A DNA stretch of 64,000 nt. Source: a virus (taxonomy: Duplodnaviria; Heunggongvirae; Uroviricota; Caudoviricetes). Positions 9,869 to 19,178 of the stretch are shown piece by piece. The notes under the pieces were generated by a model. The model did no database searches, was not told where the DNA came from, and was given only the letters and a program-made list of their open reading frames with translations. The stretch is from IMG/VR virus record IMGVR_UViG_3300020718_000011, positions 1-64,000 of that record; one strand, given 5' to 3'. The translations under genes and the position numbers were made by a program. Numbering within the stretch: position 1 is the first letter of the stretch; each line of letters starts with the position of its first letter.

Positions 9869-10344
9869 CTATAGACAAATTCTTCGAAACCTTAGACAAA
9901 TTCTACACAAAAGTAGGACATACTCCTTGTTGTATAAAATTCTATGCACAACAGAGTACCTTCAGCTTTGAGGTTCATGACAGCACACAAACTTGTTATA
10001 CTGATGAATCCTTAATCTATGAATCTCAGGTTTATTGGTGGAGATCACCAAAGGATATGGACAAGATTATTAAGAATATCAGGTCTTTCTGTAACGACTT
10101 TAAAGAGAAAGCAAAGAAATGGCCAGTTTGGGTTGGAGCATTACCAGATAATGCTCCAGATGGGCCAGTACATTATAATCCATTACCTACCAAAAGGGCT
10201 GAAGTTTATACCGGAGAGAATGCAATTCCCTTCTTCTATACGGAAAAGGCTTGCCAAAACTGGTGTGATAATCATACCTACCAGGGCGAATGGCTATGGG
10301 AAGGAAAAGATCATAGACACAAAAAACCGAAGGTAAAAAAATGA
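9865..10344 (+). CDS. hypothetical protein
   Basis: 159 aa, Cys/Trp-rich with basic C-terminus; ATGA overlap upstream. Confidence 0.45.
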   Translation: MTIDKFFETLDKFYTKVGHTPCCIKFYAQQSTFSFEVHDSTQTCYTDESLIYESQVYWWRSPKDMDKIIKNIRSFCNDFKEKAKKWPVWVGALPDNAPDGPVHYNPLPTKRAEVYTGENAIPFFYTEKACQNWCDNHTYQGEWLWEGKDHRHKKPKVKK

Positions 10345-10970
10345 TGTGGAACGAACAAGAAGCTGATGTTTACCTAGAAAAGGTATTAACAAATCTCGAA
10401 AGAATTAAACCATTTGAGGTAACAGTTCTTACTGGAGCCAATGGTTCTGGTAAATCATTAGTTCGTAAGGTCCTACCACAAAGGATGGCAGAGGAATTAA
10501 ATATACCAAAGGAAAGGGTTATAGGATCTACCTCGATGGAAAGAAGAATGGGAACACCATTCCTAAGTGATAGCCCATGGCAGCCAACCTCTATGGAAAC
10601 ATGGAATCAGATACGCCAAATCTTAAATCAACTGGATCGTTATATTGTTATAGATGAACCGGAAATTGGTACTGACGAGGATGTCCAAATGGCAATCATA
10701 GGTAAAATAAATGATGCGGTAAAGGAAGTTTATGACAAAGGGGATTTTAAAGGTTGCCTTATCATTACCCATAGCAAATTATTTGTTCGCCTTATCAGAC
10801 ATCACCAATTTATAAACCTTAATGGTTTAAGTGAGGATGAATGGCTAGATCGGTTACCAGTAAGAGCAGATCTGGAAGAATTAAAACATAATACTCACGA
10901 ATTAAAACATAATACTCACGAATTATTTCTGGCGGTAGAACGTCGAATTAAAGCTAATAAAGATAAGTAA
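10341..10970 (+). CDS. P-loop ATPase (ABC/AAA-like)
   Basis: Walker A LTGANGSGKS, Walker B YIVIDEPEIGTDED, H-loop IITHS; C-terminal in-frame ELKHNTH tandem duplication. Confidence 0.55.
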   Translation: MMWNEQEADVYLEKVLTNLERIKPFEVTVLTGANGSGKSLVRKVLPQRMAEELNIPKERVIGSTSMERRMGTPFLSDSPWQPTSMETWNQIRQILNQLDRYIVIDEPEIGTDEDVQMAIIGKINDAVKEVYDKGDFKGCLIITHSKLFVRLIRHHQFINLNGLSEDEWLDRLPVRADLEELKHNTHELKHNTHELFLAVERRIKANKDK

Positions 10971-11530
10971 TGGACCAAGAAAATACACTTCATTTAGTAA
11001 AAATATTTGCCGATATTGCTCATGGCGAGCAAAAACGGAAGTATACAGGAGAAAGGTATATTGTTCATCCAGTTCGTGTAATGGAAATTTGCAAAACGGT
11101 TACGGATGATATTCCAACATTAGTTGGTGCATTATTACATGATGTGTTTGAAGATACTACTACAACCGAGGCTGAGGTAAGAAAATTTCTAAGGGAATTA
11201 ATGACAGAGGAAGAGACCGAAGAAGTAATATTGATCATCCACGAACTTACCGACGAATTCATCAAAGAAAAATACCCTCAGTGGAATAGGGAAAAAAGGA
11301 AAAAATTCGAGGCGGAAAGACTCGGAACGATTACTGCAAAATCCCAGACTATTAAATATGCGGATGTGTATGATAATACAGAGGACATCCTTGCCTATGA
11401 TCGCAAATTTTCCTTTACCTATGTTCCAGAGGCTATGGATATGATGACCCAAATGAAACGGGGCAATAAAACATTACGAAAGAAAGCGCTGGAAGGCATA
11501 ATGGTAGCACTTGAAAAACTAGATCTCTAA
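10970..11530 (+). CDS. HD-domain (p)ppGpp hydrolase-like protein (SpoT/Mesh1 type)
   Basis: AHGEQKRKYTGERYIVHPVRV ... ALLHDVFEDT matches the SpoT/RelA hydrolase HD motifs. Confidence 0.65.
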   Translation: MDQENTLHLVKIFADIAHGEQKRKYTGERYIVHPVRVMEICKTVTDDIPTLVGALLHDVFEDTTTTEAEVRKFLRELMTEEETEEVILIIHELTDEFIKEKYPQWNREKRKKFEAERLGTITAKSQTIKYADVYDNTEDILAYDRKFSFTYVPEAMDMMTQMKRGNKTLRKKALEGIMVALEKLDL

Positions 11531-11531
11531 T

Positions 11532-12281
11532 ATGGCAGAGGAATATAAAGTTATCTTATACTTACAACCCGGTAATGAATTGCTGGCCAAGAGGAATGAG
11601 ATTTCTTATGCCGAACTAACTGTACTTGGGTGGGAACATCTAACGCACGATATTCGTGGTGTTCTTTCTGGTCGTCTTGAATTAGTTACATCCAGTGGAA
11701 CATTAAAGAAAGATAGCCTATTGGAAATACATCCAAGGGATCTAAAATCTGGCCATATACGTAAGGTAGAAATAATACCAACAAAAATTACAAAGGAATG
11801 GAAATCTTGGGGATTATCCTCTACCTTTATTGAATTTGACCCAAATTTATTAATGCCATTTAATACTCAAAGACTTCAGACTTGCAAATGTTTATACGAA
11901 CACCATACGGGATTACCTCGTACTAAAAATTGTATGAAAAGATGCGAAGCCCAAATAAACGCAACTAAAGAAAGAATTATGTTACCGCTTGAAAATCTTT
12001 TGGAAAAAGAAGACCTCACAATAGAGGAATTGAAAAAAAGACTGGACCATATTGAGAATTTGGTCAAAGATTTTAATGGTAGTCCGCGTAGGTATTATCG
12101 TATGAAAACACCTCCATCTGATATGGAAGGTGTTATAAGGGAAGCAGCTACGGTTTTATTTCCTGATATGAAGGTTGATAATCCTGTAGTTGTAGAATGG
12201 ATAATGGAATTTTATCCTGTTGACAAAAAAATTGAAATTTGGCCAGACGGAAGTGCCTGGGTAAGAACAATATTAGTATAA
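11532..12281 (+). CDS. hypothetical protein
   Basis: 249-aa ORF starting 1 nt after the upstream stop. Confidence 0.5.
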   Translation: MAEEYKVILYLQPGNELLAKRNEISYAELTVLGWEHLTHDIRGVLSGRLELVTSSGTLKKDSLLEIHPRDLKSGHIRKVEIIPTKITKEWKSWGLSSTFIEFDPNLLMPFNTQRLQTCKCLYEHHTGLPRTKNCMKRCEAQINATKERIMLPLENLLEKEDLTIEELKKRLDHIENLVKDFNGSPRRYYRMKTPPSDMEGVIREAATVLFPDMKVDNPVVVEWIMEFYPVDKKIEIWPDGSAWVRTILV

Positions 12282-12330
12282 GAGTGTTTATTTTTAACAA
12301 TCATCAATTAACCAAAACAAGTTAACGCGT

Positions 12331-13188
12331 ATGAAACGATTAAAGTTAGGGCTATTCGCAGCAATGGCCATCGCGTCCTTAGCAGGATGTTCCGGAGTAT
12401 CACCAGGAGGTGATGAGGAAGCAGTATTAATAGAGAAACCATGGATCTGGGGGCATGGAGGTGTTGATGATGAGCCAGTCACTTCTGGTAATTCTTGGGT
12501 GGCACTATCAACAGACGCCGTCAAGTTTAAAATTACCCCTGCTAAGTACACCGAGGAATTTGATAACTTGATGACCTCGGACAATAACCCGGTAACCTTT
12601 TCGGTGTACATTACACTCCAGGTACAAAAAGGAAAAACTCCCATACTTTATAAAGGCTGGGGCGACAAATGGTATGAGAATAGCCTACAGGCTCAGGTGC
12701 GTACGATGGTAAGAGACAAAGCCAGCCCATTCAAAATGTTTGATCTCACAACAAAAAGGGAAATTTCATCTACAATTGAGCAGGATCTTACAAAAAACAT
12801 CAATTCCCTTATTACCAGTATAAAGGATAAGGATGGTAAATCACTACCCGTTACTCTTATTAACGTAGCCGTTGGTGCTATTACTCCGCCGAAAGAGGTG
12901 ATAGATGAAACGAGCAAGACCGCTGCGCAGAACCAGGCCAAGCTTACCCAGGATGCCAGAATTGCAGTGGAGCAATCCCGTAAGAAGGCCGACATCGAAA
13001 AGGCCAATGCGGATATAGCCTATATGCAAACGATGAACTTTACACCCGACCAGTATTTACGGTTGAGGGAACTGGAAATTCGTAAGGAGACAATTGAGCT
13101 TGCCAAAGACGGTAAAGCTCCTCTATCTCTTAATGTCATAATGGGACAGGGGCAGAATATTACACCGACCGTACAGGTAGGTAAATAA
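12331..13188 (+). CDS. SPFH/band-7 domain lipoprotein
   Basis: MKRLKLGLFAAMAIASLAGCSG lipoprotein signal; C-terminal TPPKEVIDETSKTAAQNQAKL..ARIAVEQS..ADIEKANADIA resembles the SPFH/prohibitin region; GC noticeably above genome background; strong terminator follows. Confidence 0.6.
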   Translation: MKRLKLGLFAAMAIASLAGCSGVSPGGDEEAVLIEKPWIWGHGGVDDEPVTSGNSWVALSTDAVKFKITPAKYTEEFDNLMTSDNNPVTFSVYITLQVQKGKTPILYKGWGDKWYENSLQAQVRTMVRDKASPFKMFDLTTKREISSTIEQDLTKNINSLITSIKDKDGKSLPVTLINVAVGAITPPKEVIDETSKTAAQNQAKLTQDARIAVEQSRKKADIEKANADIAYMQTMNFTPDQYLRLRELEIRKETIELAKDGKAPLSLNVIMGQGQNITPTVQVGK

Positions 13189-13208
13189 TCAATACTGATA
13201 TTACAATT

Positions 13209-13245
13209 AACCTCGGCCAGCTGTGAGTTGGCCGAGGTTTGTGGT
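13209..13245 (+). terminator. intrinsic terminator after SPFH lipoprotein gene
   Basis: aacctcggccag-ctgtgagt-tggccgaggttt: 11-bp GC-rich stem, 9-nt loop, then TTTGTGGTT. Confidence 0.7.
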
Positions 13246-13260
13246 TGAAAATATTTCCTT

Positions 13261-13479
13261 ATGTCTAGTCATACAGTACTATTCTTTATTTGTGCGTTCC
13301 TTGTTTGGTATTCAATAATTTATATCTCACTATATGCACTCTTTTATAAAACCTTCGATCTAAGAAAGTGGATTCCAGACAAATATCTCGTCTGGATATT
13401 ACTAGCAGTAGCCCTAATCATTGACTACTTCTTATTCCCGTACGCCATGCTACTCTTGCTCCTACTAAATTTAATCTAA
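13261..13479 (+). CDS. small membrane protein
   Basis: 72 aa, two hydrophobic helices. Confidence 0.35.
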   Translation: MSSHTVLFFICAFLVWYSIIYISLYALFYKTFDLRKWIPDKYLVWILLAVALIIDYFLFPYAMLLLLLLNLI

Positions 13480-13484
13480 CTAAT

Positions 13485-13784
13485 ATGCGTACCGAAGAAG
13501 AAATAAAGGTGAAGCTGATCTCTCTTAGAGAGGTTGCTCATGATATACAGAAGAGAAGCGATAAACTATTTAGGGAAATGAGTGAAGGTCTTGGTCATCT
13601 GCCAATGGAAAGATTAGAATCCATTAATGAAGAAATTGGCATGATGAGGAATAGAGCTTTTGAACTTTTGGCAAACGCACGAGCCATGAAATGGTGTCTT
13701 GGTGAAATTGACGATATTGATTTCGCGATGAATACCGCTGCTGGAATCATAGAAAACGCACAGGATGGCTTTGATACTTTATAA
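13485..13784 (+). CDS. hypothetical protein
   Basis: 99-aa ORF. Confidence 0.4.
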   Translation: MRTEEEIKVKLISLREVAHDIQKRSDKLFREMSEGLGHLPMERLESINEEIGMMRNRAFELLANARAMKWCLGEIDDIDFAMNTAAGIIENAQDGFDTL

Positions 13785-13785
13785 A

Positions 13786-13845
13786 TTCTTTAACACTTGG
13801 AATTTTTTTATTCAAGAACAATTTATTACATTTGTCTTATATAAA
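13786..13845 (+). promoter_or_regulatory. class-A phage promoter
   Basis: ttctttaacacttggaatttttttattcaagaacaatttattacatttgtcttatat; TACATTTG; drives 13851. Confidence 0.6.
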
Positions 13846-13850
13846 ATTAT

Positions 13851-14072
13851 ATGAAAGAGTCAATAGTTAATATACTTGGAAAGAACCATAAGCATACAAT
13901 AGGCTTCAAGGAAACCCAAGAAATTAGTGGACTCTATACATACAAGGGAGAGATTTATTGTATCCATGCTGGTGAGGATTTTCCATTTGAGAATGTTTCA
14001 GAAGCTGGTAAAAAGAAAATACATCAAGCCATTTTAGATGGTAAATATAAAATCGATAGGACTATACAATGA
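13851..14072 (+). CDS. hypothetical protein
   Basis: 73 aa directly downstream of canonical promoter 13786-13845. Confidence 0.45.
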   Translation: MKESIVNILGKNHKHTIGFKETQEISGLYTYKGEIYCIHAGEDFPFENVSEAGKKKIHQAILDGKYKIDRTIQ

Positions 14073-14608
14073 CACCGGAACAAAGGAAACATTATTTTAA
14101 GGGGGGCAAATTTATTGCTATCTATGGTCCTGTAAAGCTAGATATAGCTTGGGAGTCTAAAATGATGATCGGGAAGAAAATTGAGGTCTATCAGAATTGT
14201 TTAAATACTCCTATGGAGAATGGGCAATTCAGATTTAATTCACCTGCTATTTATGGATGGTTTCCAGAAGAGGATATTAAGGATTTGGAAATTATTGACG
14301 AATTTATAGATTTTCCAGAACCTACTACACAATATTGTTATAGGATGACTCTCACTGATCCAGTAGCCATATTCAAAAATTTTGGTAAAGGCAATTGGGG
14401 AAAGAAAGTAATTACTACCCGGGAATATAATACAGACCAGGATGATTACGTTCTAAATAAGTTACTGGATCCTATGCCTGATACCATTGAAAAAAGGATT
14501 TTAGATTTAACCGTACCCGAAAATGAATATCCGGCATGGGAAGAAATCTATCCTCCTAAAATTAAGTCGAATATTAAATTAGAAGATATAAATGAGCAAG
14601 CCAACTAA
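14069..14608 (+). CDS. hypothetical protein
   Basis: 179 aa; ATGA overlap upstream. Confidence 0.5.
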   Translation: MTPEQRKHYFKGGKFIAIYGPVKLDIAWESKMMIGKKIEVYQNCLNTPMENGQFRFNSPAIYGWFPEEDIKDLEIIDEFIDFPEPTTQYCYRMTLTDPVAIFKNFGKGNWGKKVITTREYNTDQDDYVLNKLLDPMPDTIEKRILDLTVPENEYPAWEEIYPPKIKSNIKLEDINEQAN

Positions 14609-15020
14609 ACAAGTTATAGTTTGGAATAATGGGCTAAGGAATAAGTCTGGAGGAAAAATACGTGCAGGTAAATTCGCTGCCCAAATAAGCCATGCGAGTA
14701 TGGCATTTATAACACGGGGTGGATATTTTACAAAGCCTACTATGGTTGATGGTGCTATCTTTATGAACCCCAATATGTCTAATCCTGCCGAGGCAGAGGA
14801 TTGGATGGAAAATTCATTTACGAAAGTAGTACTAAAGGTTAATTCCGACGAGGAGCTTTTGGAAATTTATAACAAGGCAAAGTCTGCAGGTTTAGAGGTA
14901 CATTTAATAACAGATGCAGGCCGAACAGAATTTAATGGCCCTACAAGAACATGTGTTGGAATAGGACCAAATTATTCCGAACTTGTAGATGCTATCACTG
15001 GACATTTAGAACTCATGTAA
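14592..15020 (+). CDS. pth2: peptidyl-tRNA hydrolase, PTH2 family
   Basis: GKFAAQISHASMA and TKVVLKVNSDEELLEIYNKAKSAGL..HLITDAGRTEF..PTRTCVGIGP match the PTH2 signatures (GKxAAQxxHA, DAGxT..LAIGP). Confidence 0.75.
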   Translation: MSKPTKQVIVWNNGLRNKSGGKIRAGKFAAQISHASMAFITRGGYFTKPTMVDGAIFMNPNMSNPAEAEDWMENSFTKVVLKVNSDEELLEIYNKAKSAGLEVHLITDAGRTEFNGPTRTCVGIGPNYSELVDAITGHLELM

Positions 15021-15394
15021 TGGAAGAAGAAATAAAAACACTACCGGAAGGAATTGAAGAGGTAATACCTGCAAAGGTTCAGCCTGAAGTAATAATAGAA
15101 CCTTTGCAAGCACCTCTAAAGTTTGTGGCAGAATATGAATTTGCCCTAGTGGAAGTTCCAAAAGGAACTATGAAGTATTTTGAAACTTCTAGGGTCAAGG
15201 ATGAATTGGCAGATTGGTTAGTGAAAAATGGGTATCCTGATACTGGAGATTTTTATAAAAATTTTCGTTGTCTTCGTGATGTTTTAGGATTTAAACATGT
15301 AATGACTCAACTAAGACATAAATCCAAGGACAACATACAAACCTATACCGCAGAAATAAAAGAAAACTTAAAAGTGGAAAAAGAAACAGACTAA
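15020..15394 (+). CDS. hypothetical protein
   Basis: Track ORF starts at 14951 inside pth2; the TAATG-coupled Met (MEEEIKTL) is the likely start. Confidence 0.45.
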   Translation: MEEEIKTLPEGIEEVIPAKVQPEVIIEPLQAPLKFVAEYEFALVEVPKGTMKYFETSRVKDELADWLVKNGYPDTGDFYKNFRCLRDVLGFKHVMTQLRHKSKDNIQTYTAEIKENLKVEKETD

Positions 15395-15406
15395 AAAATA
15401 CTAACT

Positions 15407-15751
15407 ATGGATAAGGAAAATATGCGGAAATATGCCAATGATGTTTTAGAACTTACAAAAGGTATATCTAGAAACAATGCCAGTAATGAGTTAAGGGCAT
15501 TGGATGATCTTTCCGGATTCGTCTTGGAATTAACCCAAGAGCCTTATAAGAAATTGGAAGCAATTACTGACGAGGATGCTATAAAGGCATCAGAAATTCT
15601 TGGTGGTGTTGGTCATATATCAAATGAAGCAAAAATACACCAATTGAAGGAATTACTATCTAAATATCATAATGGCCAAACTAATATTCCTGGGTATAAT
15701 TGGTATAAGTTATTTCAATTTTTGGAGAAGGAGCTTTATATAATCGACTAA
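15407..15751 (+). CDS. hypothetical protein
   Basis: 114-aa ORF. Confidence 0.45.
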   Translation: MDKENMRKYANDVLELTKGISRNNASNELRALDDLSGFVLELTQEPYKKLEAITDEDAIKASEILGGVGHISNEAKIHQLKELLSKYHNGQTNIPGYNWYKLFQFLEKELYIID

Positions 15752-15762
15752 AAATATTAACT

Positions 15763-16230
15763 ATGGGATGGTGGGGATTTGGAATAATGGAAGGTGATTC
15801 ACCTCTTGATATGGAAGCAATCATATTTGATACTCTTAAGATAGATCAGTATGATCAAGCACAGCAGGATAAAATTGGTCCTGCTCTGACAGAGCAGCAG
15901 GAAAAAATCTTCCATATGATAAAGAACCATAAGAAAATTATGGCCGAGACCAAATGTATTGGACATCAGGTTCTGGCTTATCTTATGATGAAGCATGGAT
16001 CTACAATGAAGCCAGAGGTAAAAGAGCTTCTTATTAAATCCATCCAAAAAGATGATTGGGCTAAAGGTGATGACAAGCGGAAGAAAAAAATTTCTAAATT
16101 ACTTACTGCAGTAGTTGGATATGAAAATACCCAAATAGAATTACCACAAAAGGGATTATTTGAGGTTTTGGGGGAACATCTCAAAAGTGGAAAGTCTGGA
16201 TTAATAAACGTGATTCCAAAAACAAATTAG
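15763..16230 (+). CDS. hypothetical protein
   Basis: 155-aa ORF. Confidence 0.45.
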   Translation: MGWWGFGIMEGDSPLDMEAIIFDTLKIDQYDQAQQDKIGPALTEQQEKIFHMIKNHKKIMAETKCIGHQVLAYLMMKHGSTMKPEVKELLIKSIQKDDWAKGDDKRKKKISKLLTAVVGYENTQIELPQKGLFEVLGEHLKSGKSGLINVIPKTN

Positions 16231-16259
16231 TTTTATTTTTAAACCAATAAATAGTAAAA

Positions 16260-16622
16260 ATGAAAATTCTAAAATTGGCTGCATTGACAGCTATAGCCGT
16301 AAATGGCTCGAACACAGCAATCCCTGAATGGGCAAAAGAAAGTATTTGGGATCTTACAACAGAAGGTTATATAGCCCCACGGGTTATTGCTGCTGTTTCG
16401 GTAGATCCCCCGGGATACGTAGTAACAGAAAAAGGGCAGAAGCTGGTATCTATGTTGGAGGCATGTTCTGACTATTTCGGGGTGCACCAGGATCTAAAAG
16501 AGGGTGCAGCAGAAGCATACTCCGCAGCCAAAGAGGATACAGGAAAAATTATTAACGAGGGAAAGAAGAAGTTTAACAGTATGTTGGATTTTCTGAAAAT
16601 TCCATTACATGAAGAAAAATGA
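16260..16622 (+). CDS. putative secreted protein
   Basis: N-terminal MKILKLAALTAIAVNGSNTA signal-like segment; TGA/ATG coupling to rtcB. Confidence 0.45.
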   Translation: MKILKLAALTAIAVNGSNTAIPEWAKESIWDLTTEGYIAPRVIAAVSVDPPGYVVTEKGQKLVSMLEACSDYFGVHQDLKEGAAEAYSAAKEDTGKIINEGKKKFNSMLDFLKIPLHEEK

Positions 16623-17836
16623 CAGAAAAACAAATTGCAGTAGATTATTTCTGCGAACCTGATAAGATTGATGAGAATGCTAAAGCCCAATTAGACCAGT
16701 ATAGTAAAATGCCGGGATTGGAGAAGCTTTGTGCTTTCCCTGACATCCACTTTTGTGACGAGAAAGCCATTCCAGTAGGTGTGGCTTTCTCTACTCGGGG
16801 TATATTCTATCCACTCGTAACCGGCAAAGATGTTGGGTGTGGTGTTGGCTATGCCCGAATAGGAAAAAAGTATTTACTAAAACCTTTTGATAAGAGCAAA
16901 CATTACAATGCTTTGGAACGGGCTCATCGTGATATGACCGACGAAGGATTGGGGGGAGGAAATCATTTTCTATCTTTGGAAGAGGATGACGAATATCTTT
17001 ATGTCATTTGCCATACTGGTACAAGGAATAGGGGTATAGCTCTTTACCAAGAAGGCTATCAAATGGTAAAAGAATACTCCAATGAAATTGGGGAGGAGGT
17101 TAAGTATGTTTCCTGGGAATGGATGAGAGAGAAACATCCAGAATACTTAATGAGCGTTTTGAGAATTCCGGATTATGCAACCAAGCGCAGGGCGGATTTC
17201 GTATTCAAAACAATAACCTTCCTTCAAAAGAATGGGTATCTGGAAAACACAAAGCCCATAGAAAAAGATTACTTGTCCCGAGATTATTGGATTAAATCAA
17301 TAATGGATGAATACCATCCTGATCTTGGTATACCAGGGAAGGAGTGGCTCCCAAAGACAAAAAGGACTCCAATTGAAATAAATGGGATACCTTATGAGTG
17401 GCATGATTCGATGCACAATCATTTAGAATTCAAAGAAGATGGATCAATAATACACAGGAAAGGAAGTACGGAAATAAATCCTGGCGATGAGGTAGCTATT
17501 CCCCTTTCGATGACCAGGGGAACATTGATAGTAAAGGTTCATCCGTTTCATGATATAACAGGAGCACTTAATTCTTGTTCTCATGGAGCAGGTAGAAAGC
17601 TATCACGATTTGATTCCATGAAACATTGGCGAACAGTACTGAAGGCTAAGGAAAGAAAAGCATATGAGGAAAGGTTTTCGGAGCTACTTGATAAGAGTGG
17701 GAAATTTCCTTCTGGATACCTCCAGGAATTTGACTACGCATACAAAGATTCGTCGGACATTCTGACGATGCAACCATATTTAAGAAAGGTAACTCAAACA
17801 ATACCTATTGTAACTATTAAATACACAGAAATCTAA
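16619..17836 (+). CDS. rtcB: RNA-splicing ligase RtcB
   Basis: GKDVGCGVGYA, GGGNHFLSLEED, ICHTGTRNRG, WHDSMHNH and SHGAGRKLSR line up with RtcB metal/GTP motifs (GvDIGCGm, GGGNHF, HSGSRG, HNhA, HGAGR); 405 aa. Confidence 0.75.
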   Translation: MTEKQIAVDYFCEPDKIDENAKAQLDQYSKMPGLEKLCAFPDIHFCDEKAIPVGVAFSTRGIFYPLVTGKDVGCGVGYARIGKKYLLKPFDKSKHYNALERAHRDMTDEGLGGGNHFLSLEEDDEYLYVICHTGTRNRGIALYQEGYQMVKEYSNEIGEEVKYVSWEWMREKHPEYLMSVLRIPDYATKRRADFVFKTITFLQKNGYLENTKPIEKDYLSRDYWIKSIMDEYHPDLGIPGKEWLPKTKRTPIEINGIPYEWHDSMHNHLEFKEDGSIIHRKGSTEINPGDEVAIPLSMTRGTLIVKVHPFHDITGALNSCSHGAGRKLSRFDSMKHWRTVLKAKERKAYEERFSELLDKSGKFPSGYLQEFDYAYKDSSDILTMQPYLRKVTQTIPIVTIKYTEI

Positions 17837-18121
17837 TTTGATGATAGAGAAGATATTAATATGTTTTATTGTTCCTATCTTATATGTAGTAATAATGAAA
17901 ACAATTATAAAAATAGATGCAGATCGACAGCCACATCTATTATATATATCCTTTATTATTACTCTGTTTATTCAAATGGCTGTAGTTTATCATTTAAAAT
18001 GATGTAATGAAAAAGGTAGAAGTCAACGCAGGGAATTTCCAAAAACAATTGGCCATTACGAATATTATTGATACCGAATATTATAAAAATAACGACACTT
18101 ACTTTAATTTAGTAGAACAAG

Positions 18122-18871
18122 ATGGCACAGATAACTAATTTAGATACAATGACCTTAGATATTACGAAGCCTTTAGTTCTGCAAGATCAGGAATTAGAGT
18201 TTCGTAAGTTATCATTATTGACTGGTTATAATGGGGCAGGTAAATCTTTTATTCAGGTAAGTGCATTTGTTCTATGCCAGGTAGGAAATGTGATAGTAGC
18301 TGGGGGAAAGGACGAGGAATTAAAAATGTCTGCCCAATTCATCATTGATACCTGTTTTGATAGTAAGGAGATTACAGGATTACTTAGCTGTAAGTTTGAT
18401 AATGATGCCCTACTCCGCATAGTAATGGCCGAAGGAAAGGTAGTTTATGTTTACTTCGATGGATTCGCGGATGTAAAATATATTCCTTCTGTTACCTATA
18501 TGTCCTCTGCAATGAGAACTTTCAATGCAATTAAAAGTTATCTTGTTGCACGGAAGATGGTAATGAAAGCTGTGAATGGTGACATGAATCAATTGGTCGG
18601 AACATTAGTAGAGGACTTCAAACTATATGATGTAATGTATATTGAAGGCCTCATTATGAAGATGCCAAAGGTTGCGGATGAAAAGGTGATGAAATTCTTA
18701 GATTCATTTGAGCTAAAAACAAAGGTTGATGTTGTGTCATTCGGTGTTGACCTGGAAAAATCCGAATTCTATCTAATTGAAAAAAAGGACGGAGAAGAAA
18801 AAACAACTTACTTGTCTCAGATGAGCGTAGGTAATCAGGCTATTTATAATATGATGTTAGCAAACGCTTAA
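18122..18871 (+). CDS. P-loop NTPase-like protein (Walker A, ABC-signature-like, no clear Walker B)
   Basis: LLTGYNGAGKSF Walker A; C-terminal YLSQMSVGNQ resembles the ABC LSGGQ signature; no hhhhDE seen. Confidence 0.45.
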   Translation: MAQITNLDTMTLDITKPLVLQDQELEFRKLSLLTGYNGAGKSFIQVSAFVLCQVGNVIVAGGKDEELKMSAQFIIDTCFDSKEITGLLSCKFDNDALLRIVMAEGKVVYVYFDGFADVKYIPSVTYMSSAMRTFNAIKSYLVARKMVMKAVNGDMNQLVGTLVEDFKLYDVMYIEGLIMKMPKVADEKVMKFLDSFELKTKVDVVSFGVDLEKSEFYLIEKKDGEEKTTYLSQMSVGNQAIYNMMLANA

Positions 18872-18873
18872 TT

Positions 18874-19173
18874 ATGGAGAATAAATTTCCCGAGATAGAG
18901 GGTATTGATTATGGAAAAATTAACGAGACAATCAATAAGTTTGTTGAGCTCCTAAAAGCTAAAGATTATGAAAATGCTATTCCAGTAAGGAATGATATAG
19001 TAGAAATGTTAAAACCATTTAAGGCTTTAATGGTAGTTAATTCTTTCAATAACAAGAACAATCAATATGTTAATGAGGAAACTAAAGAGCTATTAAAACC
19101 TATTGATGAGTATATTAGAACTTTATCCGTGGAGGAGAAGGAAAAAATTAAATTAATACTAATAGGAAAATAG
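18874..19173 (+). CDS. hypothetical protein
   Basis: 99-aa ORF. Confidence 0.4.
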   Translation: MENKFPEIEGIDYGKINETINKFVELLKAKDYENAIPVRNDIVEMLKPFKALMVVNSFNNKNNQYVNEETKELLKPIDEYIRTLSVEEKEKIKLILIGK

Positions 19174-19178
19174 TTTAT

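Noticed and set aside
10019-10336. Alternative-frame ORF 10019-10336 inside 9865-10344
   Set aside because: Completely nested in a longer same-strand ORF that is ATGA-coupled on both sides; the longer ORF was kept.
17918-17945. Hairpin atagatg-N14-catctat after rtcB as a terminator
   Set aside because: The stem is only 7 bp, AT-rich, and not followed by a T-run; too weak to call.
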